Positions 39,163 to 47,996 of a stretch of DNA of 64,000 bases are shown in pieces. A program made the position numbers and the translations under genes. The notes below the pieces were generated by a model, which saw only the letters and a list, made by a program, of their open reading frames with translations, was not told the origin of the DNA and did no database searches. The stretch spans positions 2,694 through 66,693 of the forward strand of contig CAJQPF010000034.1 of assembly GCA_905480095.1 (NCBI GenBank), in the 5' to 3' direction. How positions within the stretch are numbered: position 1 is the stretch's first letter; each line of letters starts with the position of its first letter. Source of the stretch: an uncultured Flavobacteriales bacterium (lineage in GTDB: Bacteria; Bacteroidota; Bacteroidia; Flavobacteriales_D; Sanyastnellaceae).

Positions 39163-39739
39163 TTTTCTTTTCCTCTGTCCAAACCTTCATTGTGGCTAAC
39201 GCCTCCTCGTACCACACCTTGCCAAATTGACGTACAAGCGCATCTTTACAAAACTCCAAAATGGTGGTTTTTCTTGCAATCCCACAAGAAAGTGCTGAAT
39301 TACATATTTCCCATTTGTGGTAATTGAGGGCTGTGAAGTCAATGAGTTCTTTGACTCGAATGGGGTAAAGATGACACGAAATGGGTTTTTTCCACGATAT
39401 TTTCCCTTCGTTATAGGCTTGTTCTATCCCGCATTGCAAATTGCCCTTTGGAGAGATCGTTGTATATACACATGCTCGGCCTTCAATAAGTGGCGTTTCT
39501 AGCGTGCCGTCGCTGCCCATCACGAACAGACCCTTTTCCTTGAGTACATCAAGACCTTCCTCCCGGAGAAAAGGCTTAACATCTTCGAAAATGTCATCTA
39601 GAATAGCACATTCCTCCTCAGTGAGTGGGGCGCCACCAGATCCTTCAACACAACACGCACCTTGACACGCAGAAATATCGCAAGAGAATTGAACGTCGAA
39701 AATGTCTTCCGAAAGAAGTTTGTTTCCTACTACTATCAT
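39146..39739 (-). CDS. DUF3109-like Cys-rich protein
   Basis: 197 aa. N-terminal Cys cluster CDISACQGACCVEG plus later conserved Cys residues. The family assignment is from memory of Bacteroidota DUF3109 proteins. Confidence 0.65.
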   Translation of the reverse strand: MIVVGNKLLSEDIFDVQFSCDISACQGACCVEGSGGAPLTEEECAILDDIFEDVKPFLREEGLDVLKEKGLFVMGSDGTLETPLIEGRACVYTTISPKGNLQCGIEQAYNEGKISWKKPISCHLYPIRVKELIDFTALNYHKWEICNSALSCGIARKTTILEFCKDALVRQFGKVWYEEALATMKVWTEEKKNEGKS

Positions 39740-39854
39740 CGCAACGAATATACGTAGTGAAAGCGGTCGAACTTACTACCTTTATACAATGTATTCACGT
39801 GCAATAGTTCAAGACAGATGGAGGCGACTACGCGTACTTAATTGGAGGCGCACG

Positions 39855-40802
39855 ATGAACATATGTAAACTTATGCTCGGGTTTAAAAAACGTAAAATGT
39901 TGGCCGGCGTGATGCCAATGGTTCTGAGCATAGAACCCACTACGTCATGTAATTTACGTTGTCCGGAATGTCTATCGGGGCTGAGGGGCTTCTCACGGCC
40001 TACTGGAATGGTGGAGCTTGAGATGGTCGAGAATATCATGGCTCAAATGGGGAAATGGCTCGTCTATGTAAATCTATATTTTCAAGGAGAACCCTATCTT
40101 CACAAAGGGATGGACGACTTGGTGCGAGCATGTAAAAAGAATGGTGTGTACACATCCACATCGACTAATGCGCATCATTTAAGCCCCGAAAAATCAAACG
40201 ACCTCGTGGCCTCGGGACTTGACCGCCTTATTATATCCATCGACGGCACAACACAAGAAACGTACTCGGCATATCGTGTGGGTGGCTCTCTCGAGAAAGT
40301 TCTCGAAGGAACACGAAACGTGCTTGACGCGCGAAAAAACGCAAGAAGCAGAACCCCTTTTGTGGTTTGGCAATTCCTGGTCGTGAAACCAAACGAACAT
40401 CAAGTAGAAGATGTCAAATCGCTTGCAAAAAAATATAACGTTGACGAAGTGGTGATTAAAACAGCCCAAATCGACGACCCCCATGACGACCACCCACTCC
40501 TCACAGCTTCACCCGCTCTAAATCGATACGAAAAAGATCCGACATCCGGTCGTTGGAATCTGCGCAACCCCATGAAGAACGAGTGCTGGAGGATGTGGAG
40601 TGGATGCGTGGTGACATGGGATGGGAAAATCGTCCCCTGTTGCTTCGATAAGGATGCCAAACACGAAATGGGAAAGGCGAACGACATCGAAACGGTGTGG
40701 TCAGGAAAAGATTACGAAGATTTCAGGCAGGACATCTTCTCCGACCGAAAGGCCATAAAAATGTGTACGAATTGCTCCGAAGGGACAAAAACATATGCAT
40801 AG
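39855..40802 (+). CDS. Radical SAM enzyme with C-terminal SPASM/twitch Cys cluster
   Basis: CX3CX2C (CNLRCPEC) near the N-terminus. C-terminal CWRMWSGCVVTWDGKIVPCCFD...CTNCSEG. The track start at 39702 overlaps the divergent gene, so ATG at 39855 (or 39897) is preferred. Confidence 0.85.
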   Translation: MNICKLMLGFKKRKMLAGVMPMVLSIEPTTSCNLRCPECLSGLRGFSRPTGMVELEMVENIMAQMGKWLVYVNLYFQGEPYLHKGMDDLVRACKKNGVYTSTSTNAHHLSPEKSNDLVASGLDRLIISIDGTTQETYSAYRVGGSLEKVLEGTRNVLDARKNARSRTPFVVWQFLVVKPNEHQVEDVKSLAKKYNVDEVVIKTAQIDDPHDDHPLLTASPALNRYEKDPTSGRWNLRNPMKNECWRMWSGCVVTWDGKIVPCCFDKDAKHEMGKANDIETVWSGKDYEDFRQDIFSDRKAIKMCTNCSEGTKTYA

Positions 40803-40978
40803 AAAAGTCACCAAATCAGGGTGCTACAAGAAAAAAATTATATAGATTATCACATCAATACTGACAATAAGCTTTATCTTTAATACATCCTTTAACTTAT
40901 TACTTTAATTGACGACCCAATACCAGAGGGCAGACAAAAGCGCTGAGTAGTCCTTCCCTGTGGTAAAAAATATGCTCT

Positions 40979-42895
40979 ATGAGACGGATCTTTTTTCTGA
41001 CAATATTACTGGCCGTTTGCGCATTTTCTGGGTACTCTCAAAACAACCGTGGAAAGGCTGAACGACCATCTTGGCTTTCAAAAGCATGGATAGAAAGAAC
41101 CTATCCTCCCGACAATTTTATTTCAGTTATTGACAGTGTTTACATCAAAAAAATGAAAGCTGGGGAAATAGAGAAAGCCAAGGTTAAGTTAGATAAAGAT
41201 CTAAAAGAAGAATTGGCGAGTAGGATCTCTGTCAAAATCAATACGGTCACAGATCAGCAAACGCGACAAGATGAAAATTGGGAGGACAACAAACACACTG
41301 TCAAAACCACAACTGCATTTTCGGAGAAACTAAACATCACAGTATCCGCAGCTTTTCAATTCAAATTCAAAAAAGATTTCGCTGACAAACGCTATCAATT
41401 TGCATTGAGAGTCATTGATCGAAGTGTCAGTGCAACAGTACTTATAGATAAAGCTGTAGGTGTATTAAACAATTGTATTGCAGAAGTTGAGGTGTCAATC
41501 GCGAGCAAGAGTTCCTCCTCTTTGTTCGATTATGAGAATAAATTAGATGTTGCGAAACAATATTGGGGAAGTGCGATTTGGCTAGATCCGAATGTAAATC
41601 ATGCAAAATATTCAGAATTGGCTGTGAATTTGAGTCGATTAATTCAACAAGTCAAAGAAATGGGGTCTGAAAAAAAGCTCCTAGAAGATCAGGGGAGAGT
41701 TATCGCATTCATGCAAGAAGAGAATTATGCAAGTGCCGTGAAGCTGGTGCTTCAATTAGAGGTTGTCTATAAAAACCGAGAAGAGATTCAGGATTTACGT
41801 CAGAATGTAAATATCCAATACAGACAACATGTGCTTGAAATAAACACGCGTGAAAGAGACAGCCCCCTCTATTGCATAAATGTTATGGGAGAGTTTCTCA
41901 CATATTTTCCCGAAGACACAGTTGTTTCGTCTGCGTTGAAAAAAATTGAAGGCGCTCTATTTGAGAAAACCATTTACAAAGCAGAATTGGCCATAAAAGA
42001 CGAAAACCTGAACCTTGCCTTAAAAATGGTTGGTGATCTTGAAAAGATTAGAATTGTAAACTTAAAAGAATATGAGAAGGTCCACCGTGATTTAAAAGAC
42101 TTGAGAAGAAAGGTGGTCATGAAATCACTTCAGAAGAAATGGGATGACAAACAGTACACTGAGGGCTGGAGTACGATTCAGAAATTAATTGCTGACAATG
42201 CCAGTCTTCTTGAAGATGGACAGATCATTTCATACAAAAAGAAATTTGGCAAGAAATGTAAAAAGTTGGACCTGTCAAATGCGCGTGGTCAAATGCCACA
42301 TAAGTTCTCTGCTTCTATTGGAGCTGAGTTTCGGTCCAACCCTACTGAGTCCAGTAACATTTTCACCGAACAACCATCGTATGAGGTTGTTTCTGGATAC
42401 ACGGCATATACAGGCGCCATCTATTTGAGACGCATCAAAGAGGTCTCGATTGTCACGAAGGGTGAGAAGAAATTCGACAAGTCGAAGTCGAATCTAATCG
42501 GTTTAAAATACAGCCACTTAGATTTCGCAACGAACCGTATGATCGTAGATTCTGAAGATCACCAAATGCATACATATGAAGATGCTTTAGGCTGGGAACT
42601 TAGCTTAGATATGTATCGCAATGACTTTTGGCATTTCGGAGTGGGAATGAGAAATATGGGGGCATTTTCCACAAACATCGATTTTTCCGAGAGCTCTTAT
42701 TTTACAACCTTTGGTTTTCAAATCCCTTTTAAGGGTATGAGAAGTAGCATCGCATTTAAAGCAGATTCCTGGTTATACAAATCCGCAGAGAGTGCTTTGT
42801 TCTTTCAGCTAAGTGGCGGGGTTGTTTGGAACCCGATGTTTGGACGGACATTGGAGAATCGGAAGTCAATATCAAACAAGTATAACTCGTTTTAA
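40979..42895 (+). CDS. Hypothetical secreted protein, helical middle region and beta-barrel-like C-terminus
   Basis: Signal peptide (FFLTILLAVCAFSGYSQ) and a Lys/Glu-rich helical centre. The last roughly 200 aa show alternating beta-strand patterns and end ...KYNSF with a terminal aromatic residue. Confidence 0.6.
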   Translation: MRRIFFLTILLAVCAFSGYSQNNRGKAERPSWLSKAWIERTYPPDNFISVIDSVYIKKMKAGEIEKAKVKLDKDLKEELASRISVKINTVTDQQTRQDENWEDNKHTVKTTTAFSEKLNITVSAAFQFKFKKDFADKRYQFALRVIDRSVSATVLIDKAVGVLNNCIAEVEVSIASKSSSSLFDYENKLDVAKQYWGSAIWLDPNVNHAKYSELAVNLSRLIQQVKEMGSEKKLLEDQGRVIAFMQEENYASAVKLVLQLEVVYKNREEIQDLRQNVNIQYRQHVLEINTRERDSPLYCINVMGEFLTYFPEDTVVSSALKKIEGALFEKTIYKAELAIKDENLNLALKMVGDLEKIRIVNLKEYEKVHRDLKDLRRKVVMKSLQKKWDDKQYTEGWSTIQKLIADNASLLEDGQIISYKKKFGKKCKKLDLSNARGQMPHKFSASIGAEFRSNPTESSNIFTEQPSYEVVSGYTAYTGAIYLRRIKEVSIVTKGEKKFDKSKSNLIGLKYSHLDFATNRMIVDSEDHQMHTYEDALGWELSLDMYRNDFWHFGVGMRNMGAFSTNIDFSESSYFTTFGFQIPFKGMRSSIAFKADSWLYKSAESALFFQLSGGVVWNPMFGRTLENRKSISNKYNSF

Positions 42896-42949
42896 TCCAC
42901 CTATTTTACAAAATTCAGGGGCTGTTGAGCGCACTGATTTGGAGAACAA

Positions 42950-43984
42950 ATGTTCAAGAGTAACGAGCAAGATACGCTTCCGGGCGGGACGAGATATAAA
43001 GCTTTAATCCCTACAATGTTGGGGTTAGGAGCGATCCTCTATTTATACGGAGATGATCTCGTGGAGGTCCGTGAAATTGAGTTTTCGCAAAGGTCTGTTT
43101 GGGCACTTTCTGCTGCAATCGGACTGGTAGTGATGAGAGATATAGCATATATGGCTCGGGTAAAAATTCTTTCGATGGGGCAATTTGATTGGCGGAGTTC
43201 ACTTCGTGTTGTATTGCTTTGGGAATTTGCATCCGCCATCACCCCGTCCGTCATCGGAGGAAGTCCCATTGCCATTTACATTATGAAACGTGAGGGTATG
43301 ACACTTGGCCGAAGTGTTGCAACTGTGCTCGCCACTTCATTCATGGATGAATTGTTCTACGTTTTTGTCGTACCCATATTCGTTTTTGCAATCGGAACTG
43401 AGGTCTTTATTCCAGAGGGGTTAAGCGATACGGCGCAGCTGAGTATCCAATCCATTTTTTGGACAGGATATGCTATTCACTGCGCATTAACGCTATTGAT
43501 TTTGTTTGTTTTATTTATCCGTCCAAAAAGGACTCGGGATATTTTCTTGACGTTATTTAGAATGAGGTGGTTGAGGAGATGGAAGCTTTGGGCAGAAACT
43601 TTGACAAACGAATGGATGCACGCATCTGAAAGTTTGAAAGGCGCAACAAAAATGATGTGGTTAAAGACGTTGGGCGTCACTTTTGTGAGCTGGACCTCAA
43701 GGTTTTTAATACTCAATGCCGTCTTGTACATTTTCTTTGACTCGGTACAAAACCTCGAGGTCTTTGCCAGACAGTTGTCACTTTGGATTGCGATGCTCGT
43801 CAGTCCTACACCAGGCGCGTCTGGGATTGCAGAGTTTTCCCTACCTATCTTCATGCAGGGCATTGCTGTAGTGGGAGGTGTATCGGTCCTTGTTTGGAGA
43901 ATCCTCACCTATTTTATCTATCTGATTATCGGCTCAATTTTACTTCCGAGATGGATGGTTAAAATCAATCCTAAATCTTCGTAA
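42950..43984 (+). CDS. UPF0104 / flippase-like (MprF transmembrane-region-like) membrane protein, second paralog
   Basis: 344 aa polytopic protein with a PTPGASGIAEF motif equivalent to PAPGGIG in the 36265-37251 paralog. Confidence 0.7.
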   Translation: MFKSNEQDTLPGGTRYKALIPTMLGLGAILYLYGDDLVEVREIEFSQRSVWALSAAIGLVVMRDIAYMARVKILSMGQFDWRSSLRVVLLWEFASAITPSVIGGSPIAIYIMKREGMTLGRSVATVLATSFMDELFYVFVVPIFVFAIGTEVFIPEGLSDTAQLSIQSIFWTGYAIHCALTLLILFVLFIRPKRTRDIFLTLFRMRWLRRWKLWAETLTNEWMHASESLKGATKMMWLKTLGVTFVSWTSRFLILNAVLYIFFDSVQNLEVFARQLSLWIAMLVSPTPGASGIAEFSLPIFMQGIAVVGGVSVLVWRILTYFIYLIIGSILLPRWMVKINPKSS

Positions 43985-44013
43985 CTTTACTAACCGCTAA
44001 CAAGAAAACAATT

Positions 44014-45174
44014 ATGATGAATAAAGGAAAAGGCACGAGGGCTGTTCACGCTGGTGTAAAACATGACCCCTCTACGGGAGCGATTATGACTCCTGTGTAT
44101 CTCACGTCGACTTACGTCCAAACCAAAGTTGGCGAGCACAAAGGATATGAATACTCTCGGACCCAGAACCCAACACGTCATGCGCTAGAAAACGCTTTTG
44201 CAGAGCTTGAAGGTGCGAAACATGGAATGGCATTTGCCTCTGGTCTCGCGGCGATGGATAACCTATTGAAAACACTTAAGCCAGGGGACGAAGTCATTTC
44301 GACAAACGATTTGTATGGCGGAAGCTACAGACTCTTTAATTCAGTTTTTGCGAACTATGGCATAAAATTCCATTTTATAAACCTTGACGAACCGAAGACG
44401 AATCTTGAAGATGTGGTGAATGAAAATACCAAAATGATTTGGATTGAAACACCTACGAATCCAATGATGCAGATCACAGATATTGCAGCTGTCGCAAATG
44501 CAGTCAAAGGAAAAAACATACTCGTGTGTGTAGACAACACATTTGCAACACCTATGCTTCAGCAACCTCTTGCTCTTGGGGCAGATTTGGTGATGCATTC
44601 AGCAACAAAATATCTGGGTGGACATTCAGATGTCGTTATGGGATGTTTGATGGTCAACGATGACGCACTTGATGAAAAACTTCGCACTTTACAAAACTCC
44701 TGTGGTGCCATTGCTGGTCCCATGGACAGTTTTCTCGTTCTACGTGGAATAAAAACACTCCATTTGAGAATGCAGCGTCACTGTGAGAACGGCCGTGCAG
44801 TCATAGATTACTTAAAAACGAATGATCAAGTCGAGAAAATCTATTGGCCAGGACTTGAAAGTCATCCCGGACACGAAGTAGCCGCCCGTCAAATGTCTGA
44901 CTTTGGTGGAATGGTTGCTTTTACGATTAAAGGGGACGACCTCGCAACAGCAAATAAGTTTGTTGAATCTACTGAACTTTTTACATTGGCTGAATCTCTG
45001 GGAGGAGTTGAGTCGCTTATTGGGCATCCTGCATCGATGACTCACGCTTCTATACCCAAGGAAGTCAGAGAGAAAGTGGGTGTCACTGACGGACTGATTC
45101 GCCTAAGTCTGGGTGTGGAAGATTCTATGGATATTATCGATGACCTTAAACGCGCATTCAATGCGATTTCTTAG
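44014..45174 (+). CDS. Cys/Met-metabolism PLP enzyme (cystathionine gamma-synthase / beta- or gamma-lyase family)
   Basis: PLP-lysine motif SATKYLGGHSDV, plus TPTNP and ESLGGVESL blocks. Confidence 0.9.
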   Translation: MMNKGKGTRAVHAGVKHDPSTGAIMTPVYLTSTYVQTKVGEHKGYEYSRTQNPTRHALENAFAELEGAKHGMAFASGLAAMDNLLKTLKPGDEVISTNDLYGGSYRLFNSVFANYGIKFHFINLDEPKTNLEDVVNENTKMIWIETPTNPMMQITDIAAVANAVKGKNILVCVDNTFATPMLQQPLALGADLVMHSATKYLGGHSDVVMGCLMVNDDALDEKLRTLQNSCGAIAGPMDSFLVLRGIKTLHLRMQRHCENGRAVIDYLKTNDQVEKIYWPGLESHPGHEVAARQMSDFGGMVAFTIKGDDLATANKFVESTELFTLAESLGGVESLIGHPASMTHASIPKEVREKVGVTDGLIRLSLGVEDSMDIIDDLKRAFNAIS

Positions 45175-46608
45175 ATGAAGACTGGGATTCCGAATCAAGA
45201 ACATCATGCTGTTGTAGGCGCAGGACTTGTGGGAAGTTTGCTTGGGCTGATGCTCGCACAACGTGGTTATAAAGTCACCATCTATGATCGCAGAGCAGAT
45301 CCCAGAAAAGGGAAAGCTATAGAAGGTCGCTCCATCAACCTGGCGCTTAGCGACAGAGGATGGCGGGCTTTAGAAAAAGCGGGGCTGGCTGAAAAAGTAC
45401 GCGAAATTGCACTTCCCATAAAAGGTCGTCGAATGCATGACCACTCCGGAAATGAGACATTCCAAGCTTACGGCGTTGGAAATCAATGTATTTACTCTGT
45501 ATCTAGATCTGGTCTCAACCTCATTTTAGTAACCGCTGCAGAAGAACACCCCTCTCTAGAGGTCAAGTTCGACTTTATAAGCACAGGATATACAATTGAG
45601 GATCAAGACGGGATGTCTGGGGTAACGCTCAATTTCAAAAACAGACCTGATATTCTTCACGATAGAATTTTTGGTGCCGATGGTGCATTTAGTGCAATCA
45701 GAGGGAAAATGACGCGAACAAATCGCTTCGACTTCTCCCAACAATACCTTCCTCATGGATATAAGGAGATTTTCATGTCCGCCAATTCTCAAGGTGGGTT
45801 TAGAATATCCGAGGACGGATTACATATTTGGCCAAGAGGAAATTTCATGTTGATGGCACTGCCTAATCCTGGCGGAACTTTCACATGTACTCTTTTCGCC
45901 CCTTTTGAAGGAGAGGAATCATTCGACAACATCAAATCTAATGGGGATGTCATGGCATTTTTTGAACGCCATTTTCCAGATACCATTCAACATCTCCCCA
46001 ATCTCATTGACGACTGGAATTCAAATCCCGTAAGCTCTCTTTGTACTGTAAAATGTCACCCTTGGAATATAAAATCACGTGTCGTCATTATCGGCGACGC
46101 AGCGCATGCCATGGTTCCCTTCTTCGGACAGGGAATGAATTCTGGATTTGAAGACTGTACAATTCTCAGTTCATTAATTGATGAATCTAAACCGAACAGC
46201 GAAGCAGAGTGGCATTCCCTTTTAGACAAATACACGCGCGTTCGGAAACCCGCTGGAGATGCAATCCTGGACCTCGCGCTTCACAACTATATCGTGATGC
46301 GAGACAAAACAGGAGACCCTGACTATCTGATACAAAAACGGATTGAGGCGCGAATTGCAGCACACCATCCAGACCGATGGAAGCCGCTCTACTCACTGGT
46401 AACATTCAGCCATATTCCTTACGCTGATGCTTGGTCTCGAGGTGAGATTCAACAAGCCGTCATGAATGAAATCATGGCTTCTAATGACATCTCAGAAAAC
46501 TGGGAAAAAGATGAAATCATTGCTCAAGCCATCAAACTGCTTGACGCTTTTGAATCTGGGACTGACACGATTGACCGTCCCTTACCCCTCCTAAGCACCG
46601 ATGTCTAA
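45175..46608 (+). CDS. kmo: Kynurenine 3-monooxygenase (FAD-dependent)
   Basis: GAGLVGSLLG dinucleotide fold, GRSINLALSDRGW and GDAAHAMVPFFGQGMN. ATG directly follows the upstream TAG. Confidence 0.85.
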   Translation: MKTGIPNQEHHAVVGAGLVGSLLGLMLAQRGYKVTIYDRRADPRKGKAIEGRSINLALSDRGWRALEKAGLAEKVREIALPIKGRRMHDHSGNETFQAYGVGNQCIYSVSRSGLNLILVTAAEEHPSLEVKFDFISTGYTIEDQDGMSGVTLNFKNRPDILHDRIFGADGAFSAIRGKMTRTNRFDFSQQYLPHGYKEIFMSANSQGGFRISEDGLHIWPRGNFMLMALPNPGGTFTCTLFAPFEGEESFDNIKSNGDVMAFFERHFPDTIQHLPNLIDDWNSNPVSSLCTVKCHPWNIKSRVVIIGDAAHAMVPFFGQGMNSGFEDCTILSSLIDESKPNSEAEWHSLLDKYTRVRKPAGDAILDLALHNYIVMRDKTGDPDYLIQKRIEARIAAHHPDRWKPLYSLVTFSHIPYADAWSRGEIQQAVMNEIMASNDISENWEKDEIIAQAIKLLDAFESGTDTIDRPLPLLSTDV

Positions 46609-47527
46609 GTGGACTATTTCCTTTATAATTAGCTTCATTTTTCTGTCGCTAAATGACATTTCTGCTCAAACCTCATTCTTTACACCCACCTTATCTGATT
46701 ACAAATCTTCAGGGTGGACGTTGTCGCTTGGGGTCTCTGGTCTGGGTGGGTCACATGCCCAATTCGAAGATGAACTCCTTCTTGCAAACCTATCAACTGC
46801 GTCCATTGACACGATGTATTCTGGCATTTGGACTCCTGACGGCGGTATACACTTGACAGGAGGAATAGGTAAAATATTTGTGATCAAACGACCTCTTCTG
46901 GCTGACAGAGTCACGGTTGCGGTGACAGGTTCAAGACGTTCTATATCAGAGACGTTTCATGGACGCATTGCTGAACCCACAATGCAAACAGACGCAACAG
47001 GAATCCCTGTAGACAGTTCAATCACTGGCGCAGGTCAATCAGTTAACTTGGGAATTCATTGTGCTGGGCTGCGGGCATTTACACTTTCACAAGATGTATT
47101 CTTAGAACTAGGTATCGGTGCGACGTTTCGCTATGATTTCGTGTCCGATTTTGAGTTCAGTTCTTCAACCCCATTATACCTTTCAGAAGACGCTGGGGTT
47201 GATCCTGAATCCGCAATGTCTCCATATTCTGCCAGTTTCGAGATCCTCGCAGGAGCTGGTATAATGATGTGGAGAGGGAGATATCTCAGGGTTCAACTTG
47301 GCGCTGACCTGCTGCAACTTGCCCCCATCAATGCAACCGCCAAGCTTCCATGGTTGGTCGGCAACTACAGGCCATACAGAGTGATGTTACATTGGGACTT
47401 GTTTGGCCTTAAGCCTCCAAAACCAGCTGGATCATGTGCCGCTCCCACGCATTCGGAAAAAGCAAAAGAACTGTTCGGGAAGGACATGCGAAAAAAAACA
47501 AAGAAGCGGAAGAATAAACGTGGGTAA
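46601..47527 (+). CDS. Hypothetical secreted beta-rich protein with polybasic C-terminal tail
   Basis: Signal peptide (FIFLSLNDISAQ) and a Gly/Ser/Thr-rich beta pattern. Tail is KDMRKKTKKRKNKRG. Overlaps the kmo stop by 8 nt. Confidence 0.55.
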   Translation: MSKWTISFIISFIFLSLNDISAQTSFFTPTLSDYKSSGWTLSLGVSGLGGSHAQFEDELLLANLSTASIDTMYSGIWTPDGGIHLTGGIGKIFVIKRPLLADRVTVAVTGSRRSISETFHGRIAEPTMQTDATGIPVDSSITGAGQSVNLGIHCAGLRAFTLSQDVFLELGIGATFRYDFVSDFEFSSSTPLYLSEDAGVDPESAMSPYSASFEILAGAGIMMWRGRYLRVQLGADLLQLAPINATAKLPWLVGNYRPYRVMLHWDLFGLKPPKPAGSCAAPTHSEKAKELFGKDMRKKTKKRKNKRG

Positions 47528-47555
47528 ACTGAATGAAGGGTGTCGGATTGCTGAT

Positions 47556-47948
47556 CTATCCCGCACAGAGTTCCACCAGGACTTTTGCCGTGTCGGAAGG
47601 ATGAAGAAAAGCGATGCGTTTGCCATCTGCGCCATCCTTAGGGCCAGAAATACATCGGTATCCTTTGGCTTCCAATTCTGTGATTTCAGCATCGAGATCA
47701 TCGACTTGAAAAGCAAGGTGGTGCAATCCTTCTCCCCGCTTTAAAATATGACGCGCAATGGGTCCATCCGCAGAAGTCGATTGAAGAAGTTCTATTTTCG
47801 AGTCCCCCGCTTGAAAGAAAGAAGTCAGCACACTTTCTGAGTCCACCACTTCGCGTTTGTATGGTAATTCTCCCAAAACATCACTGAAGATTCGTTCAGC
47901 AGCGTCGAGATCTATAACAGCTATCCCTATGTGTTCTAATTTCTTCAT
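47556..47948 (-). CDS. mce: Methylmalonyl-CoA epimerase (VOC family)
   Basis: 130 aa. LEHIGIAVIDLDAA, GEGLHHLAFQVDD and ELC end pattern. Confidence 0.85.
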   Translation of the reverse strand: MKKLEHIGIAVIDLDAAERIFSDVLGELPYKREVVDSESVLTSFFQAGDSKIELLQSTSADGPIARHILKRGEGLHHLAFQVDDLDAEITELEAKGYRCISGPKDGADGKRIAFLHPSDTAKVLVELCAG

Positions 47949-47996
47949 GTGTGTAAAGTTATGCTATCAGCGAAAGCAATCCTTACATTTGCCTGC

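Noticed and set aside
39702-39854. N-terminal extension of the radical SAM ORF that overlaps the divergent DUF3109 start by 38 nt.
   Set aside because: The extension (MSSERSLFPTTIIATNIRSESGRTYY...) lacks any conserved character and would overlap the promoter region. An internal ATG places the CX3CX2C motif at the usual distance from the N-terminus.
40803-40978. Possible ncRNA or precursor-peptide locus in the 176-nt AT-rich spacer after the radical SAM gene.
   Set aside because: It holds only an imperfect hairpin (CCAGAGGG...CCCTGTGG, one mismatch, 25-nt loop) and one out-of-frame 29-codon ORF. There is no terminator and no conserved-looking structure.
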